Below, piece by piece: positions 37,001 to 50,330 of a stretch of DNA of 64,000 nt (position 1 is the first letter of the stretch; the number at the start of each line of letters is the position of its first letter). The position numbers and the translations under genes were made by a program. The notes beneath the pieces were generated by a model, which had not been told where the DNA came from, searched no databases, and saw only the letters and a list, made by a program, of their open reading frames with translations. Origin of the DNA: Octopus sinensis (taxonomy: Eukaryota). The stretch is taken from contig NC_043016.1 in the NCBI RefSeq assembly GCF_006345805.1, forward strand, positions 24,118,001 through 24,182,000. Direction: 5' to 3'.

Positions 37001-37050
37001 ATGCTTGGATTGCAAATTTCAAGTTTGTTTCCCCAAAATGTATGAAAGAC
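37001..37050 (-). CDS. Candidate 50-nt internal exon (SFIHFGETNLKFAIQA)
   Basis: ccttttattgtttaag| acceptor and CAT|gtaagg donor. Confidence 0.45.
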
Positions 37051-39364
37051 CTTAAACAATAAAAGGAATGGCTAGCTATTTCTTCATACAGACCATTCTG
37101 TTTTCAGTATTTGGACAACATGTTCCAGACATTCAAAGCAGCAGATTATTTTGTGTTTCAAATGTTAAGTCCTGTTTATTAATTAACTACCTAACATTAA
37201 AAGAATGAGAGTAACATGACAAAAATGATATTGCCCTCTAGTTTTGATAGCTTGCAAGTGATATCTCATTTGTCATGCTACTTGCTTGTAATGGATCTGA
37301 CACGTTTGATATTTTATAATGATTGCACTTTCTCTTCTCACACATCCTCCCTGGTCACTGGTAAATATCATCATCTCTAACATCACTGCAACCACTGTCA
37401 TCTTCACCACCAGCACACTATTGTTGTCATCCCTACCATCATCAACATAATCCTCTGCAATACCACCAGTACTACTACTTCCATCATAATCATCATCATA
37501 GCAACAATGCTGGTGATGATGATTTTCATCCTCATTTTCATTATCACACTGATATCATCATTGTTGTCAGCCTCTTCATCATCTTCATCGTTAAACTTCT
37601 CATCAAATGGATACACATCATAGTTAATACTATAACAGACAAACTAAATTCGATATGACAATAATAAATATTTTTGTGGCTGCAGTTCCAACACAAAGTT
37701 GGACCAATCTATTCATAAATCAATAAGATCCAAAATAAATTTGTGAAGTGCACAGTTTAAAAACCAAATTGGCAGTTGTACAATTTGCTGACTGCTCTCG
37801 TGATATAGTTTGGCATTAGTCACTTTGTGGTGTTCCTGATATAGCTTTTGTTATTTGGTAAAAGCAGACCAGTTCCAATATAAGGTAAGAGATCAGACAC
37901 AATAAGCTATATTAAGGATGACCAAAAACACATCTTTTGCATAATAGTTCTTAATGGGTTTTATTTGTTAGTATTAAGTGATGTGTTGTTTTGCTTCCAC
38001 AGTGAAGAGAGACAGAGAAGGAATTTGGTAAAATAACTATACCAGTAAATATTTGGAGTGGATTGTTATCAACTGTGTTCTTCTTTGACATGGATGCAGC
38101 ATGGCTAAGAAGTAAGCTTTGCTAACTTTTTAACTTGGTCAAGAAATCAGCTTTGCAACCATAAGCTTCAAAGTTTGACCCCATTCTATGACATAGCATC
38201 TTGAGCAAGTTTCTTTACCTAAGCCTTGTAAATGGAATGAAGTAGACCGAAACTTAGAAGCCTCTAATTCAAAGGTACATCTTCGTAACATATTATGTCA
38301 TGCTGGTTCTGCCTGGAAATTATGTTAAGGGTACACATGTCTGAGGAATTCTCAGCCTTGTCACACTCTATGTCATGCTGATTCTGCCTGGAAATTATGT
38401 TAAAGGCATGCACATCTGTGGAATACTCAGTCACTTATTTGCATGTCAGTTCAATGACCCTGGTAGTTCAGCTAATCAAACAATTGAATCTGAATCCCTA
38501 CTTGATGAACTTGAACCTGATAATGATCCATTCAATTACTCCTTCATTATGTTTCATAAAATTGCCATTCTTCATTCATTGCAAACTCCACCAAGGTCAA
38601 CTTTGCCTTTCATCATTCCATGAGTCCACAAATAAGGTGCTTGTAACCTTACTACAATTAGGTGCTATGACTTACCTCCTTCCTCATATTCAAAGCTTTG
38701 TGCTTATGTTAGAACTAGTTGATGTACTCGGTAATTCTCCGGAAAGAGGGGCTTATCCCTTGGTCCATTCTCATAATTGTTTTGCTAATCCAATAACAAC
38801 AATACAAAGTATGTTGCCCTTGAAACGGTTTTTGTGCATTTGCAGAGAACAGTGAACTGTCTTACACAGGATCTTGTTTTTAAGAATCCCAAATAAGTTA
38901 TGAATACCCAAATTGTGAAGTTAGTTATGTAGTAACATGAAATTAGTTACTCGATAGTAAGAATTCAAATAATGTAGTCCCGAAAAGGGCTTTAATGCAT
39001 TCCCAGAGTATATAGAACTTAGGAGGAAATACTAATAAGGTATGTATACTAAAATCATGAAACATGTTACGTAATAACAGGCTAATCAGAGAGGAGATAA
39101 TAACAATTCAAAGTAAATAACTCTGTAAAGAGCTTTTGTGCATTCCCAGAGAATATTACCCTCATCAGCACTAGTGTTCATGAATAAGTCACTAGTATTC
39201 ATAAATAAGTCATTAACTGAAATAAGTGGATCTATTGGTTAGGAAAATACTATTTACTTGTTTAAGGGTTGTACTGGATAAATTGCAAAAATAACTCTAA
39301 TAGTTCAAATGCTGAGAAAAAAGCATGCTCAATTTGATTTATACCAAATGAATTAAGAAAATTG

Positions 39365-39470
39365 AATAGGTTATCTCCCTTGGCTATTAAAATCTGGCAA
39401 ATTGGTTATTTCCCTTTGCTGTTAAAATCTGGTAAATGGGTTATTTCCCTTGGCTATTAAAATGAAATAT
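39365..39470. repeat. ~35-bp tandem repeat, three units, possibly inside an old HINE ending near 39660
   Basis: GGTTATTTCCCTTGGCTATTAAAATCTGG units; AATGTAGGAGGAGTTAG...ACAGAC HINE-like end nearby. Confidence 0.6.
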
Positions 39471-39974
39471 ATTAGATATATATAAGGATCCCTTCCAGGT
39501 GCCCTATTATCAATTGTTTTCAACAATCTGAGTATGCCATTAGATTTCCAGATATGAGTTCTCACGTTTTATCAAAATCGATACAACAATGTAGGAGGAG
39601 TTAGCTAACAACTCCACAAACGCACCCACAGACAGAATTTCCCACATACGTAGTAGATTTAATACACAAGAATGATTGAAATGGCAAAATAGTTATAGCA
39701 GTGCTAGGCAAGATGCTTTATCATATTTTGTACATTAATTAACTGTTTTGAATTCTAATCCCTCTACAACTGACTTGTTCTTTTATTCTTCTGTTATTTT
39801 CTTCTCTTTTTCAAGCAGAAAAGAATAAGAACCAGTAATATCATGAGATTAATTAATCAGTGAAATTTACTATAATTTTCTCTTCCAGCAATTTGTTTTA
39901 TATTTATGTGAGAGTCATAAGCAGATCCTATATAAGAGGTTTATCCTTCATCACTGGACATTAGAAAGAAAGTG

Positions 39975-40182
39975 ATACATACTCTCTTTTACTCTCTTTT
40001 TCCTGTTTCAGTCATTTGACTGTGGCCATGCTGGAGCACCGCCTTCAGTCAAGCAAATTGATCCCAGGACTTATTCTTTGTAAGCCTGTCGGTCTCTTTT
40101 GCTGAACTGCTAAGTTATGGGGATGTAAACACACCAGCATCGGTTGTCAAGCGATGTTGGGGGGACAAACACAGACACGCAA

Positions 40183-40213
<31 letters not shown>

Positions 40214-40298
40214 CAACAGGCTTCTTTCAGTTTCTCTCTACCAAATTCACTGACAAGGCTTTGGTCGGCCCGATGCTATAGTAGAAGACACTTGCCCA
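39975..40298 (-). mobile_element. SINE family A lacking its head
   Basis: Ends abruptly at CTTGCCCA, where the PLE fragment begins. Confidence 0.85.
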
Positions 40299-40299
40299 A

Positions 40300-40815
40300 A
40301 ACAACTTTGAGGAGAATATGACCAAAGACTGCATGTACTCCATCCCTTGCACCTGTGGTAAGTTATACAAAGTAAAACATGCTATCCCTTCAAAATAAGG
40401 GTAGAGTAACATCGCAGAGCTGTGATATGAAGAAATATTGATAAATTGGGTATAGCTGATCATGTATGGAAAAATGGAGACCACCTCCCTTGTGGGATGA
40501 AGTTAAAATAATAGAAAGAGAACACCACTGGAAAATACGAAAACTAAAAGAAGAAGCACATATGCTAGGACACAACAACCTCCTAAGCAGATCGAGTGCA
40601 GATATGAGTAGCATATGAGAACTGGTATTAAGGAAGAAGAAGAAGAAGAAGAAGAGCAACAGCAACAACAACAACAAATACCTTAGAAATGAGAACCCAG
40701 GTTTGAAATTTCCCCAGAACACCTGAAGAAGGCTGGAGAGTATATCAGCTGAAACATTGTGCTAACAACAAACAAGATGAGGACAAATATCTGTCAAATG
40801 TAAATAATGTACATA
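40300..40815 (+). mobile_element. Penelope/Poseidon-type PLE 3' end (GIY-YIG plus hammerhead)
   Basis: CMYSIPCTCGKLY...RVE*H...LGIADHVWKNGDHLPLWDEVKIIEREHHWKIRKLKEEAHML. Confidence 0.85.
40718..40763 (+). ncRNA. Minimal type I hammerhead ribozyme, second family, slightly decayed
   Basis: AACAC-CTGAAGA-A-GGCTG(gagagtatat)CAGCT-GAAA-CAT-T-GTGCT; stem III ACAT is one change from palindromic ACGT. Confidence 0.7.
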
Positions 40816-40865
40816 AAATTCCAATTTGATTCCTATTTTCAAGCCAACAATGTTGAAATCCTCAT

Positions 40866-41077
40866 CCCTTTAGCATTTAGATTTCTGTGAAATGTAATGC
40901 TTATTTATTCAGTTTTGACTTAATCGTACATTCTCATTGCTTTGAGATTTTGATGATGTAACTATTTATTTTTAGAATGATGTTGTAGAGTATGTGTGAG
41001 AGGCTGGATCTGGCCAGTTAGAGCATAAAGCAAGTAGAATATTTGGGCCAGATATGCCTAGTTTAAATGCTAAAGGG
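40866..41077. mobile_element. piggyBac-type MITE family X, opposite orientation to 24704-24924
   Basis: CCCTTTAGCATTTA...TAAATGCTAAAGGG termini. Confidence 0.75.
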
Positions 41078-41462
41078 TTTAAATATTTTCGTTTTTGTAT
41101 TTAGTTTGCAAGATTCTTGATGTAAATTTCTGTCTTGAAACAAATCTTGTGTCTTAGAAGGGTCATTATGCTAATAATGATAAACAACCCATTGGTCAGA
41201 TATTTAACCAATTGTCTAGTAATAAAGAAGTGGAATTGAACCTGTATGTGTTATTGTTATTTGGCATAATGAGGATCTCAAGACAACAATGTTAAAGTAT
41301 CATTAACCCTTAAACAGTAGAAAAAGGTTGCATGAATGTGTGTGCCAAACAAAAAACAAAGAATATCTCTTTTCCTAAATGGTAATTTTAAGACTTATTT
41401 TCACTTTAAATACGTGCGAAATAATGATTGTTCATCTTTTGTACAATAAAATTTACAATAGT

Positions 41463-41892
41463 ATAGGCGCAGGAGTGGCTGTGTGGTAAGTAGCTTGCTC
41501 ACCAACCACATGGTTCCAGGTTCAGTCCCACTGTGTAGCACCTTGGGCAAGTGCCTTTTACTATAGCCTCAGGCCGACCAAAGCCTTACGAGTGGATTTG
41601 GTAGAAACTGAAGGAAGCCCATCGTATATATGTGTATATTTGTGTGTGTGTGTGTATATGTGTATGTATGTATGTATAGGTTTGTGTGTTTGTGTTTGTC
41701 CCTCCCAACATGGCTTGACAACCGATGCTGGTGTGTTTGCATTCCTATCACTTAGCGGTTCGGCAAGAGAGACCAATAGAATAAGTACTAGGCTTCCAAA
41801 GAACAAGTCCTGGGGTCGATTTGCTCAACTAAAGGCGGTGCTCCAGCATGGCCGCAGTCAAATGACTGAAACAAATAAAAGAATAAAAGAAT
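41463..41892 (+). mobile_element. SINE family A
   Basis: Full copy. Confidence 0.9.
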
Positions 41893-42993
41893 ACTTATCT
41901 TTGATCATGGCCATATCCATGTAAAATTTTTGTAATATCAATTGATGATATCCATCATTTGAGGGTTTGCATTAAAAGAGCGACACTTTAGTAGTAGTGA
42001 GTGATAGAACACTGAACTAAATGCATCACAGTTTTGAAGTTTCCAAATATGTGGTCATGGGTTCAGTTCTGTAGCAAAGCACTTTGGGCAAGTATCTTCT
42101 ACTATAGCCCCAGAATGAACAAAGCCTTGTGAGTGGATTTGGTAAATACATATATGGCTGGTTTCTTTCATTTTGTGTGTGCACTTATCTAGACATCATG
42201 TAATGTTTCTCAATGAGCATCATTGTCATACGAGCAGTGTTTGTTGGGGCCAATTTTCCATGATCAGATACTGTTCCTATCACCAACCCACATCTGACTG
42301 CAAAGCAATGCAATTTTTTTCCCATAGTTAAACACATTTTCTTTTCCATAGGCAAGGATCCTTAAAGACTCACTTGATCTGGGACCTCTTTTAAACTCAA
42401 GAAATGAGATCTATAGTCCCTGCTGCCATTTCAGGTGCTACTTGCTGCAGGCATGGAATCTCCCCATTTGTTGATTAGGGCTGTAAAAAGTACTTTATGG
42501 ATGTGAAACCATTGGTCACTCTATGACTGGACATATATTTGACTTCATGTATATATATACATTTATATATACAAGATGTACATACATACATACATTAGGC
42601 TTCTATTCAGTTTCATCTACCAAATCCATTCACAAGGCATTGGTTGGCCTAAGGCTATAAAAGGCACTTACCTAAGGTGTCACACAGTGGGACTGAATCT
42701 GATGCCAATTGGTTGCAAAGTGAGCTTCTTAACCCCACTGTCACATCTGTACCTGTCATACCTACTTTATTTCTCTCTAGCTTCTCCAGAGCATCACATG
42801 TTCAATTCCTGACCTTAATATTATGTAATATACTTTTTACACATATTTCATATATTCTACACCTTTTCACGAAGAGAATTTTTTTCTTTTATTAACTACT
42901 TGAGGTAATCGCTCTCTTAATTCCACCCCTTAATTTTTTGCTTCTTACACTCACATTTGTGTTAACACAAAAATCATCTCCTGCTCTAATCAG

Positions 42994-43028
42994 GTCACCT
43001 AGATAACAGAAACTATCAAGCACCTCCG
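42994..43028 (+). CDS. Candidate 35-nt plus-strand exon (xHLDNRNYQAPP)
   Basis: ctcctgctctaatcag| acceptor, CCG|gtgagt donor, one open frame. Confidence 0.3.
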
Positions 43029-43349
43029 GTGAGTTAACCAATCACATCATATCTTTTATTTTATGGTTACTCTTCCAACTACTAAATACTCAAGATTTTA
43101 TCATATCAGATGTTCTCTTTTGACATGTCATACTTAATCACCTTTGTGTATTCATTACATACATCCTCAGTACACAAAATTGAGTTCCTATCTTCTTACA
43201 TATAGCATGGGTTCCCAATTTATTACATAGTACTGGTGTTCTCAAACTAGAGTAAATTCTCTTCAGTGGGTAAATTTAATTTCATTTACCCAGGGAGTAA
43301 ATTTACTGGCTCAAGATTGTATGTTGTTTTTTAAGTGTTTTCAATTATG

Positions 43350-43680
43350 ATTAAAGAAAAAAAATCTATGTTCTGATTTAGACCCCAATGAGGTCAACTT
43401 TGTTTTTCTTTCTTCCAAGGTCAATAAAATGTAGGACCAGTCAAGTCCTGGGGTTGACATAATTAACTAACCACCTCCTCATAATTTACTGATTCAAGAT
43501 TCGCACATTATTTAAAAAAAATTTTTCAGTTATAGTTAAAAAAAATATGTGCATTCTGAGATTGACTTTGCTTTCTTTCCTCCAGGGTCAATAAAATGCA
43601 GTACCAATCAAGTCCTGGGGTTGATGCTAATTGACTAACCTCCTCCCAATACGTTTCTAACACTGTGCCTGTATTAGAAA
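43350..43680 (+). repeat. Two tandem degenerate SINE-B-like fragments
   Basis: Repeated CCAAGGTCAATAAAATG..GTACCA.TCAAGTCCTGGGGTTGA. Confidence 0.55.
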
Positions 43681-43908
43681 TAACTATTTTAATCTGTATA
43701 ACTGTACTTTATTCAATCTAGTAATAATGAAGAAGAAATTTAAAGTAGATGTAGGTAACGCTATTTGAAACAGGTTTGTGGCCTTGCAAAATATTCGTTG
43801 GGCGTCAACTACAGTTATCTCCCCTGTCGACTGTTCTAGAACATTCCAAGCAAACATTGGTTAGCTCCCCCTCACACACAGGAAGGTGTTAGAAGCAATA
43901 TCACTTAC

Positions 43909-43945
43909 TTAAGAGTGAATTCCAATTGAATTTCCCTCTTTTTCT
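43909..43945 (-). CDS. Candidate 37-nt exon (EKKREIQLEFTLK)
   Basis: ctcactgcatcttag| acceptor and TAA|gtaagt donor; an alternative upstream acceptor at 44047 gives a non-coding version. Confidence 0.4.
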
Positions 43946-44719
43946 CTAAGATGCAGTGAGGTCAACATCGGAGAGAGAGCCAGGCATATGCATTCAATAT
44001 TCTTTCCTACCAGCAACTCACTATGGTATTCTATGCCTAGTGCCTGTCTGAAAGTAATTTTTGTAGTTTGAATTCCTCCTATTTTCTTACTGTCATCGTG
44101 GAATATAGCAAGATGTTCAGAACCTTTTACTTCAACCCCAATAAAAAAGCCGGTGAGGCTGTATTTTAAGGAAAAGATCTTTAAAATACAACCTTACCAG
44201 TTTTTTATTTCATATATGGGAGTTTTGAATTAGCTCCTTTATACAAATCTATAGAGAGAATGTTACCCTTTTTAGTATTACATATATCAGCCCCCAAGTG
44301 TTATCTTTTAGTCTGGTTTAAATAGACATGACTCCAAGAAAAATAACATATTACAAAAATGAGTAATAATACCATGTAATTATAAAGTCGTTTTAGCTTT
44401 TTTCTTATTTTCGGCTACTGACGAGTACTTTTTCATAACTCAGATTCTTAAAATGAATTTATTGTCTTTCTGTTTGAAACAATCGTATAGCTATAAGAAT
44501 ATAAACATCTAATCTCACCCATTTATGTAAAATATGAATGAATTTGTTGAACTCTGTTTAATAAATTAAATTATATACTTAATATACCTATATAACTTTT
44601 CATATTTATGCTAATTTACACCAGTAAATTCAAAGTAAAGTATGAAGAAACAACATTAGAAATATTTTTGGTAATTACTCTAATTATAGGATGAATTCAC
44701 ATTCAACCTTTTAAAATAT

Positions 44720-45095
44720 ACTAGCAGTATCACCCGGCGTTGCTCGGGTTTGTAAGGGAAATAACTATATAAGCATTTTTAGAGAGTTATAGCCAAAAAA
44801 TAGCAAAAAAATGCATTAAAAATGGAAAAAAAATTATGGTAAATTTTTTTTTAAATCGTTGACTCATCGTAGACATTTTAGAGAGTTACTTCCCTTATAT
44901 AATAGCGAAAAATGCATTAAAATGGAAAAAAAGGATGGTAAATTATTTTTAAAGTCGTAGACTCATCGTAGACACGTGCTAATACCCAGAAGGGCTCGAT
45001 ATGAATCATGACTAAACTGCACCTCAAAATGTGGGAGTAGTTAGGAATCTAAATCGTAGGAGACAGACACACAACTTCTCTTTTATATATAAAGA
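44720..45095 (+). mobile_element. HINE/DINE-like element, second copy with internal duplication
   Basis: Same termini as 30276-30783. Confidence 0.7.
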
Positions 45096-45134
45096 TATAT
45101 ATATATATATATATATATGTAGATGTATATTATA

Positions 45135-45380
45135 GATAGAGATTAACTCCCATTCAACACAGCAGTTGCATGCTGGAAGAGAGCTCTTGCTAGGCCTTCC
45201 ATATGATGGCTGGACATGATTGGGGAAGATCTCCAGAGGCTTAATGTCACTTTGGAGGATGCAGAGGGGATGACATGGGACCAACAGCAATGAAGAGCAC
45301 TGGTGGACCTGGTCAGCTCTAAGCATAATGATGTCTCTGTGACCACTAACCCGGGATGCAGCAGAGCAAGTAAAGTACAT
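45135..45380 (+). mobile_element. RTE ORF C-terminal fragment
   Basis: RPSI*WLDMIGEDLQRLNVTLEDAEGMTWDQQQ*RALV. Confidence 0.6.
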
Positions 45381-45562
45381 ATAATGTTTATATATATATA
45401 TATATATATACCAATTAAGGACTGAACACGAAAAGTGGACAGTCAACATGCTAGATATAGACGTCAAATCGCCATTCTCCACAAAAAGTTTATGTTCTCA
45501 GATCAAACTCAACACAAAACCAAAGCAATAAACAAGTGAAAATATACGAAATAAATATTTAC

Positions 45563-45780
45563 CCATGTACTAATTTAGTTTCGGCTGTTATTTTCCGCAA
45601 GGAAAAGTGCAGCCATCATCAGCATGGTCCCATATAAAATGCAATTTGCTAGACTGGATGCCAACACGATACCGAAATATCGCGTGCATGGAGTACGGCC
45701 TATTACATTTGAAATGTATATTTCAAATGTCTTTACTTTTGGCGCGATGAGACCCGAGAAAACTAGCCTGCAGCTAATAG
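45563..45780 (-). promoter_or_regulatory. CpG-enriched unique segment, candidate first exon/promoter ending ATGG|gtaaat
   Basis: Local CpG density in non-repeat DNA; ATG at 45566-45564 lies directly before a donor site. Confidence 0.35.
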
Positions 45781-45821
45781 TTAGCAGCAGTTAATTTATC
45801 GGTTAGAGAACAAATATTTAT

Positions 45822-45863
<42 letters not shown>

Positions 45864-45917
45864 ACAAAATTTGATGCCGTCTATTGCAAGCTGAGCCTAT
45901 CCGAGTTTTGCCTGCCC

Positions 45918-47090
45918 ATGTTAGCTGTCTACAGGCTGCCTCTTGCCGACCCCCAGGACGATGCTCATTTACTCGAAGCGATAAGATTCGTTTCAGCTTC
46001 ACATGACTGTTTGATACTAGGAGACTTCAACGCTCCCACGATCGATTGGCCCGCATCAATTTGTACAACATCTTCCCGGTTCGGCCAGGCCCTTCTTGAC
46101 GTGGCTGAAGATTGTTTTCTATCGCAACATGTTGAATATCCGACAAGGCATCGGTCTGGGCAGCAGCCATCTATGCTGGATCTGGTATTTTCCCGCTATC
46201 CAAGATCAGTGTCAGACATATCTGTGTGCGCCCCTCTTGCCAAGAGTGATCATGCGGTCCTGAAGTTCGTCATGCACACAACTTTTTCTACACCCACGAC
46301 TACTTCGCTGCCACGTAGAGTCTTCTCTGCAATTAATCTTGAAATTCTAACCAAGGCTTCCGCGCTTCTGGACTGGCGATCCCTGATGACGTTGTCCTCA
46401 GTTGACAAACTATGGTCATCCCTCAAAGCATATGTAATCTGGTTGACTGACCAGGCAGTTCCCGTTGGGCTTCCCAAGAAGAAGAAACATAAGCCCTGGG
46501 TGACGAAGAAGGTTAAACGAGAACTTCGACTCAGAGATATTGCTTGGGCTGAATTCAAAAATCTGGATTCGACCGCAGCTTTTGAGGTGTACAAAACTCA
46601 ACGAGACCGAGCCGTGAAAATTGAAAAGGAAGAACGCTTCAGTTATGAATACGAAATCGCGGAAAATGCCAGTAGCAATCCAAAAACCTTCTTTGCCCAT
46701 GTCCAACGGAATTCCCGCTTGAACAACCAGATTGCAACGTTGGTAGACTCAACAGGCGTATCGATTGAGGACCCTTATCAACAGAGTCAATTATTTGCCG
46801 AGGCTTTTTCAACTGTTTTCAAACAAGATGATGGTCGTGAACCCCCTCCATTTGATAGATCGGTACCTCCAATGCTTCGATTGGTCATCACGCGGGACGA
46901 AGTCAAACGTGTTATTCAAGGCCTCGATGTCAACAAGGGTCACGGCCTTGACGGCATACACCCACGGGTTATCAAAGCGTTGGCTCCAGTCATCTGCGAG
47001 CCCTTAACACGTCTATTCAATATGTCATTTTCAAGAAAGGGAGCCGCAAAGACCCGCTTAACTACCGACCGGTTTCCCTTACATCAATAA
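45918..47090 (+). pseudogene. LINE ORF2 endonuclease/linker part (390 aa open)
   Basis: ORF track; a deletion near 47030 removes the conserved pre-RT P..WK motif and the frame then breaks. Confidence 0.9.
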
Positions 47091-47098
47091 TCAGCAAG

Positions 47099-48334
47099 AT
47101 GTTCGAAACCATCCTTAAGAAAAGTATGATGCTCCACCTCCAAAACACAGCCTCCATCTCTGATTCCCAACACGGCTTCGTGCCGAAGAGATTGTGCTTG
47201 ACCAACTTACTGGTAATGGAAGAATTGGTGACGCGCATCCTCGATAACAGTGATGCTGTTGACATCGTTTTATTGGACTTTGCCAAAGCTTTTGACTCGG
47301 TAAACCACCGCCTATTACTTGTTAAGCTTCAAGCATATAGTTTCCATCCGGATATTGTACGATGGGTTGGTGCCTTCCTCTCAGATCGCTCCTTCCAAGT
47401 CCAAGTTAATGGTTCGCGGTCCGACGTCTCCAGTGCGAGCAGTGGCGTGCCTCAAGGTTCAGTGCTTGGGCCCTTATTGTTCTTAGTCTTCATAAATGAC
47501 TTGCCCGACGACCTCACGCAACACACCCTTCTATTTGCCGACGATATCAAACTGGTCGCTCCCCGTGGTGATATAGAGGATCTTCGTCGATGCCTCCACC
47601 AAATTTGGAGGTGGTCTAACGAATGGGACCTGTGTCTGAACGTGTCAAAGTGCTGTCATCTGCCTGTTGGCTCTCCTCCTGCAACTCAACTTGATTTCGA
47701 GCCGGGTCGTCTGCTGCTGGAGAGGACCAATCAGGTAAAGGACCTGGGTATCTTGGTGGATTCCTCCTTTTCGCCTTCGGCCCAGTGCGTCCATGCTGCC
47801 AACAAAGCACGCGGAATTCTGTTCTTGATTCAACAGTCATTCGGAATGCTCACAGCAGCCATATTCCTACCACTCTATGTCACGCTGGTGAGACCCATAT
47901 TGGAGTACGGGATTCAAGCCTCTTCTCCTTATCTCCTCAAAGACATACAGCATCTCAAAAGAGTCCAGAAGCTGACTACCCGCATGGTTCATGGTCTCAA
48001 AAATTTATCCTATGAAGAAAGGCTGAGGACGCTCGACCTTTATTCTCTAGAAAAACGCCGCCGCCGTGGTGATCTAATTCTCGCCCACAACATCATAAGC
48101 GGAAAGTGTAACCTCTCGAAAGAGCTGTTCTTCACTCCTGCTCCAGAGCATCAGCTGCGGGGTCATTCCGAAAAGCTCTACCTGCGACGATTTCATCTCA
48201 ATCGAAGGAGAGGAGCTTTCTCCGTCCGGGTTGCGGATCCGTGGAACAAGCTGCCAGACGAGATGGTGAAGATGCCGACGACCGCTTTGTTCAAAGCCTC
48301 CCTGGACCTCAAGTGGCCTGAACTCTTTACATGA
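47099..48334 (+). pseudogene. LINE ORF2 reverse transcriptase part (411 aa open)
   Basis: ORF track, with RT motifs intact to the natural stop. Confidence 0.92.
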
Positions 48335-48429
48335 ACACCACCCTGTACTTAACTCCATGTCCCCCTACATGGCCTTGCTATTTGCTTTTGAGCCAAATTA
48401 ACTAACTAACTAACTAACTAACTAACATA

Positions 48430-48660
48430 TATATCACCGTGACCGACCAGGCTATCATATGTTGCTACACATCGCTGGTCACAATGTGCTTCACATTGTT
48501 TTAGCCTTCAAATGATGCCACCCCACTGGCTAAGTGAGCAGGCCAACAGAGGAAAGAGTGAGAGAAAGTTATGGTGAAAGAGTACAGCAGGGATCGCCAC
48601 CATCCCCTGCCTGAGTCTCGTGGAGCTTTAGGTGTTTTCACTCAATAAACGCTCACAAAC
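48430..48660 (-). mobile_element. SINE family C, tail type i, headless
   Basis: Matches 22256-22540. Confidence 0.85.
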
Positions 48661-49259
48661 AGACATGGAGCCTGAACAGCTCTTCAGCTGGTCAGCTCCT
48701 GTCAAACTGTCCAACTCATGCCAGCACAGACAACAGACGTTAAATGATGTTAGTAATGATGATACAATGGGCTTCTTTCAGTTTCCATCTATCAAATCCA
48801 CTCACAAGGTTTTGGTTGTCCTGCTGCTATAGTAGAAGATGCTTACCCAAGTTTCCAAGCAGTGGGACTGAACCTGGAGCCATGGTGATATTTGCAGACA
48901 AAATGAAACTACATAGCTTCCTAGAAGGTGTTCCTTGGCAGCAGACCTATTTAGCATGCACTCAAAATATTTGATGCTTCATCACAAGAATAAAACTCTG
49001 TGTTGAGAATACTGAGACATTGGTTCCACCGAGAAAGCTTCTAAACAGACTTAGTCTGAGATTTCTTTGTTATACCCAACAAGCTAACTTGAATACATCT
49101 ATGATTATTGAACTTAAAAGAACTTTAATGAAAATCAACGTTCTTTGACAATTGCCCTATGTCCAATTGTTAATTATCATTTTTTCAAATCATGCTTTTG
49201 TTGCCCTTTTATTCAAAATTTATTTATAATTTAAACAAAAGTAGAAGCATGAATATTCA

Positions 49260-49269
49260 ATATTGCACA

Positions 49270-49310
<41 letters not shown>

Positions 49311-49459
49311 ACACACACACAGATGCATGCAAAATTTCATATGAACATATAAATACATATACATATGCACACATGTATACATACATGCATATACATATAT
49401 ATATATACATACATGCATATATATATGTGTGTGTGTGTATATATGTATATATACATACA

Positions 49460-49510
<51 letters not shown>

Positions 49511-49566
49511 ATATATACATACATGCATATATATATATATATATACACATACATGCACATAAATAT

Positions 49567-49602
<36 letters not shown>

Positions 49603-49790
49603 CACTCACATACACATGCATGCTTGCATATACATGCTCAGGTAATATGCATGCATATATGCATTCATGCACATGCATACACATATGACCATACACACAT
49701 TTGCATGCACAAACATGCTCACATTTATGCATTGTATACATAAAGCTATCATGCACACACATGCGTACACACGCACACACGCTCGCCCCT
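49260..49790. repeat. Compound (CA)/(TA) microsatellite
   Basis: Direct reading. Confidence 0.95.
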
Positions 49791-50029
49791 TAAGCTGTTA
49801 ATCTAGTTTGCCTAATATATATTTCTACAACATAGATTATGCCCTAATTTGCAGCTGCAAATTAAATGGTAAACAGCTGCATGGAAGTACATCCTTCTGA
49901 TATGAGGGATCTTGTTTCTTAATTGCCACTCAATCCGTAACGCCAGAGCACGAAATTCTTGAAAGCCAATTGTCAAATATATTCCTCACATCTTGTCATA
50001 TAAGAACACACTTGTTCCTGAATACTTGT

Positions 50030-50047
50030 AGCAGCAGCAGCAGTAGC

Positions 50048-50091
<44 letters not shown>

Positions 50092-50092
50092 C

Positions 50093-50126
<34 letters not shown>

Positions 50127-50330
50127 GTAGTAGTTTTAGTAGTAGTAGTAGTAGTAGTAGTGGATGGTGGTGGTGGTGGTGGTGGTCATGATGGTGAGCC
50201 TAATCATAGTTAGTACTACTGGAATTGGTGATGGGGTGATATAGGTAATATAGGTGTGCTGAGCTTATTGATAGCAGCAGCAGCAGTAGTGGTGGTGGTG
50301 GTGGTGGTGGCGGCGGTGACGGCGGCAGCA
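50030..50330. repeat. (AGC)/(AGT)/(GGT) trinucleotide tracts
   Basis: Direct reading. Confidence 0.95.

Larger units (their letters stand above)
45862..48427 (+). mobile_element. 5'-truncated CR1-group LINE (APE + RT), GC/CpG-rich, (AACT)n tail
   Basis: LILGDFNAP, LDLV, SDH (APE); QHGF, LDFAKAFDSV, GVPQGSVLGP, LFADD (RT); AACT repeats at 48398-48427. Confidence 0.95.

Noticed and set aside
37404-37616. Acidic ORF MYPFDEKFNDEDDEEADNNDD...
   Set aside because: Degenerate (ATC/GAT)n low-complexity tract with no convincing splice context.
43909-44047. Idea that A-to-I editing of the TAG at 43946-43948 opens MPGSLSDVDLTAS(W)RKRGKFNW...
   Set aside because: That TAG is more simply an alternative splice acceptor giving an in-phase exon; there is no evidence for editing.
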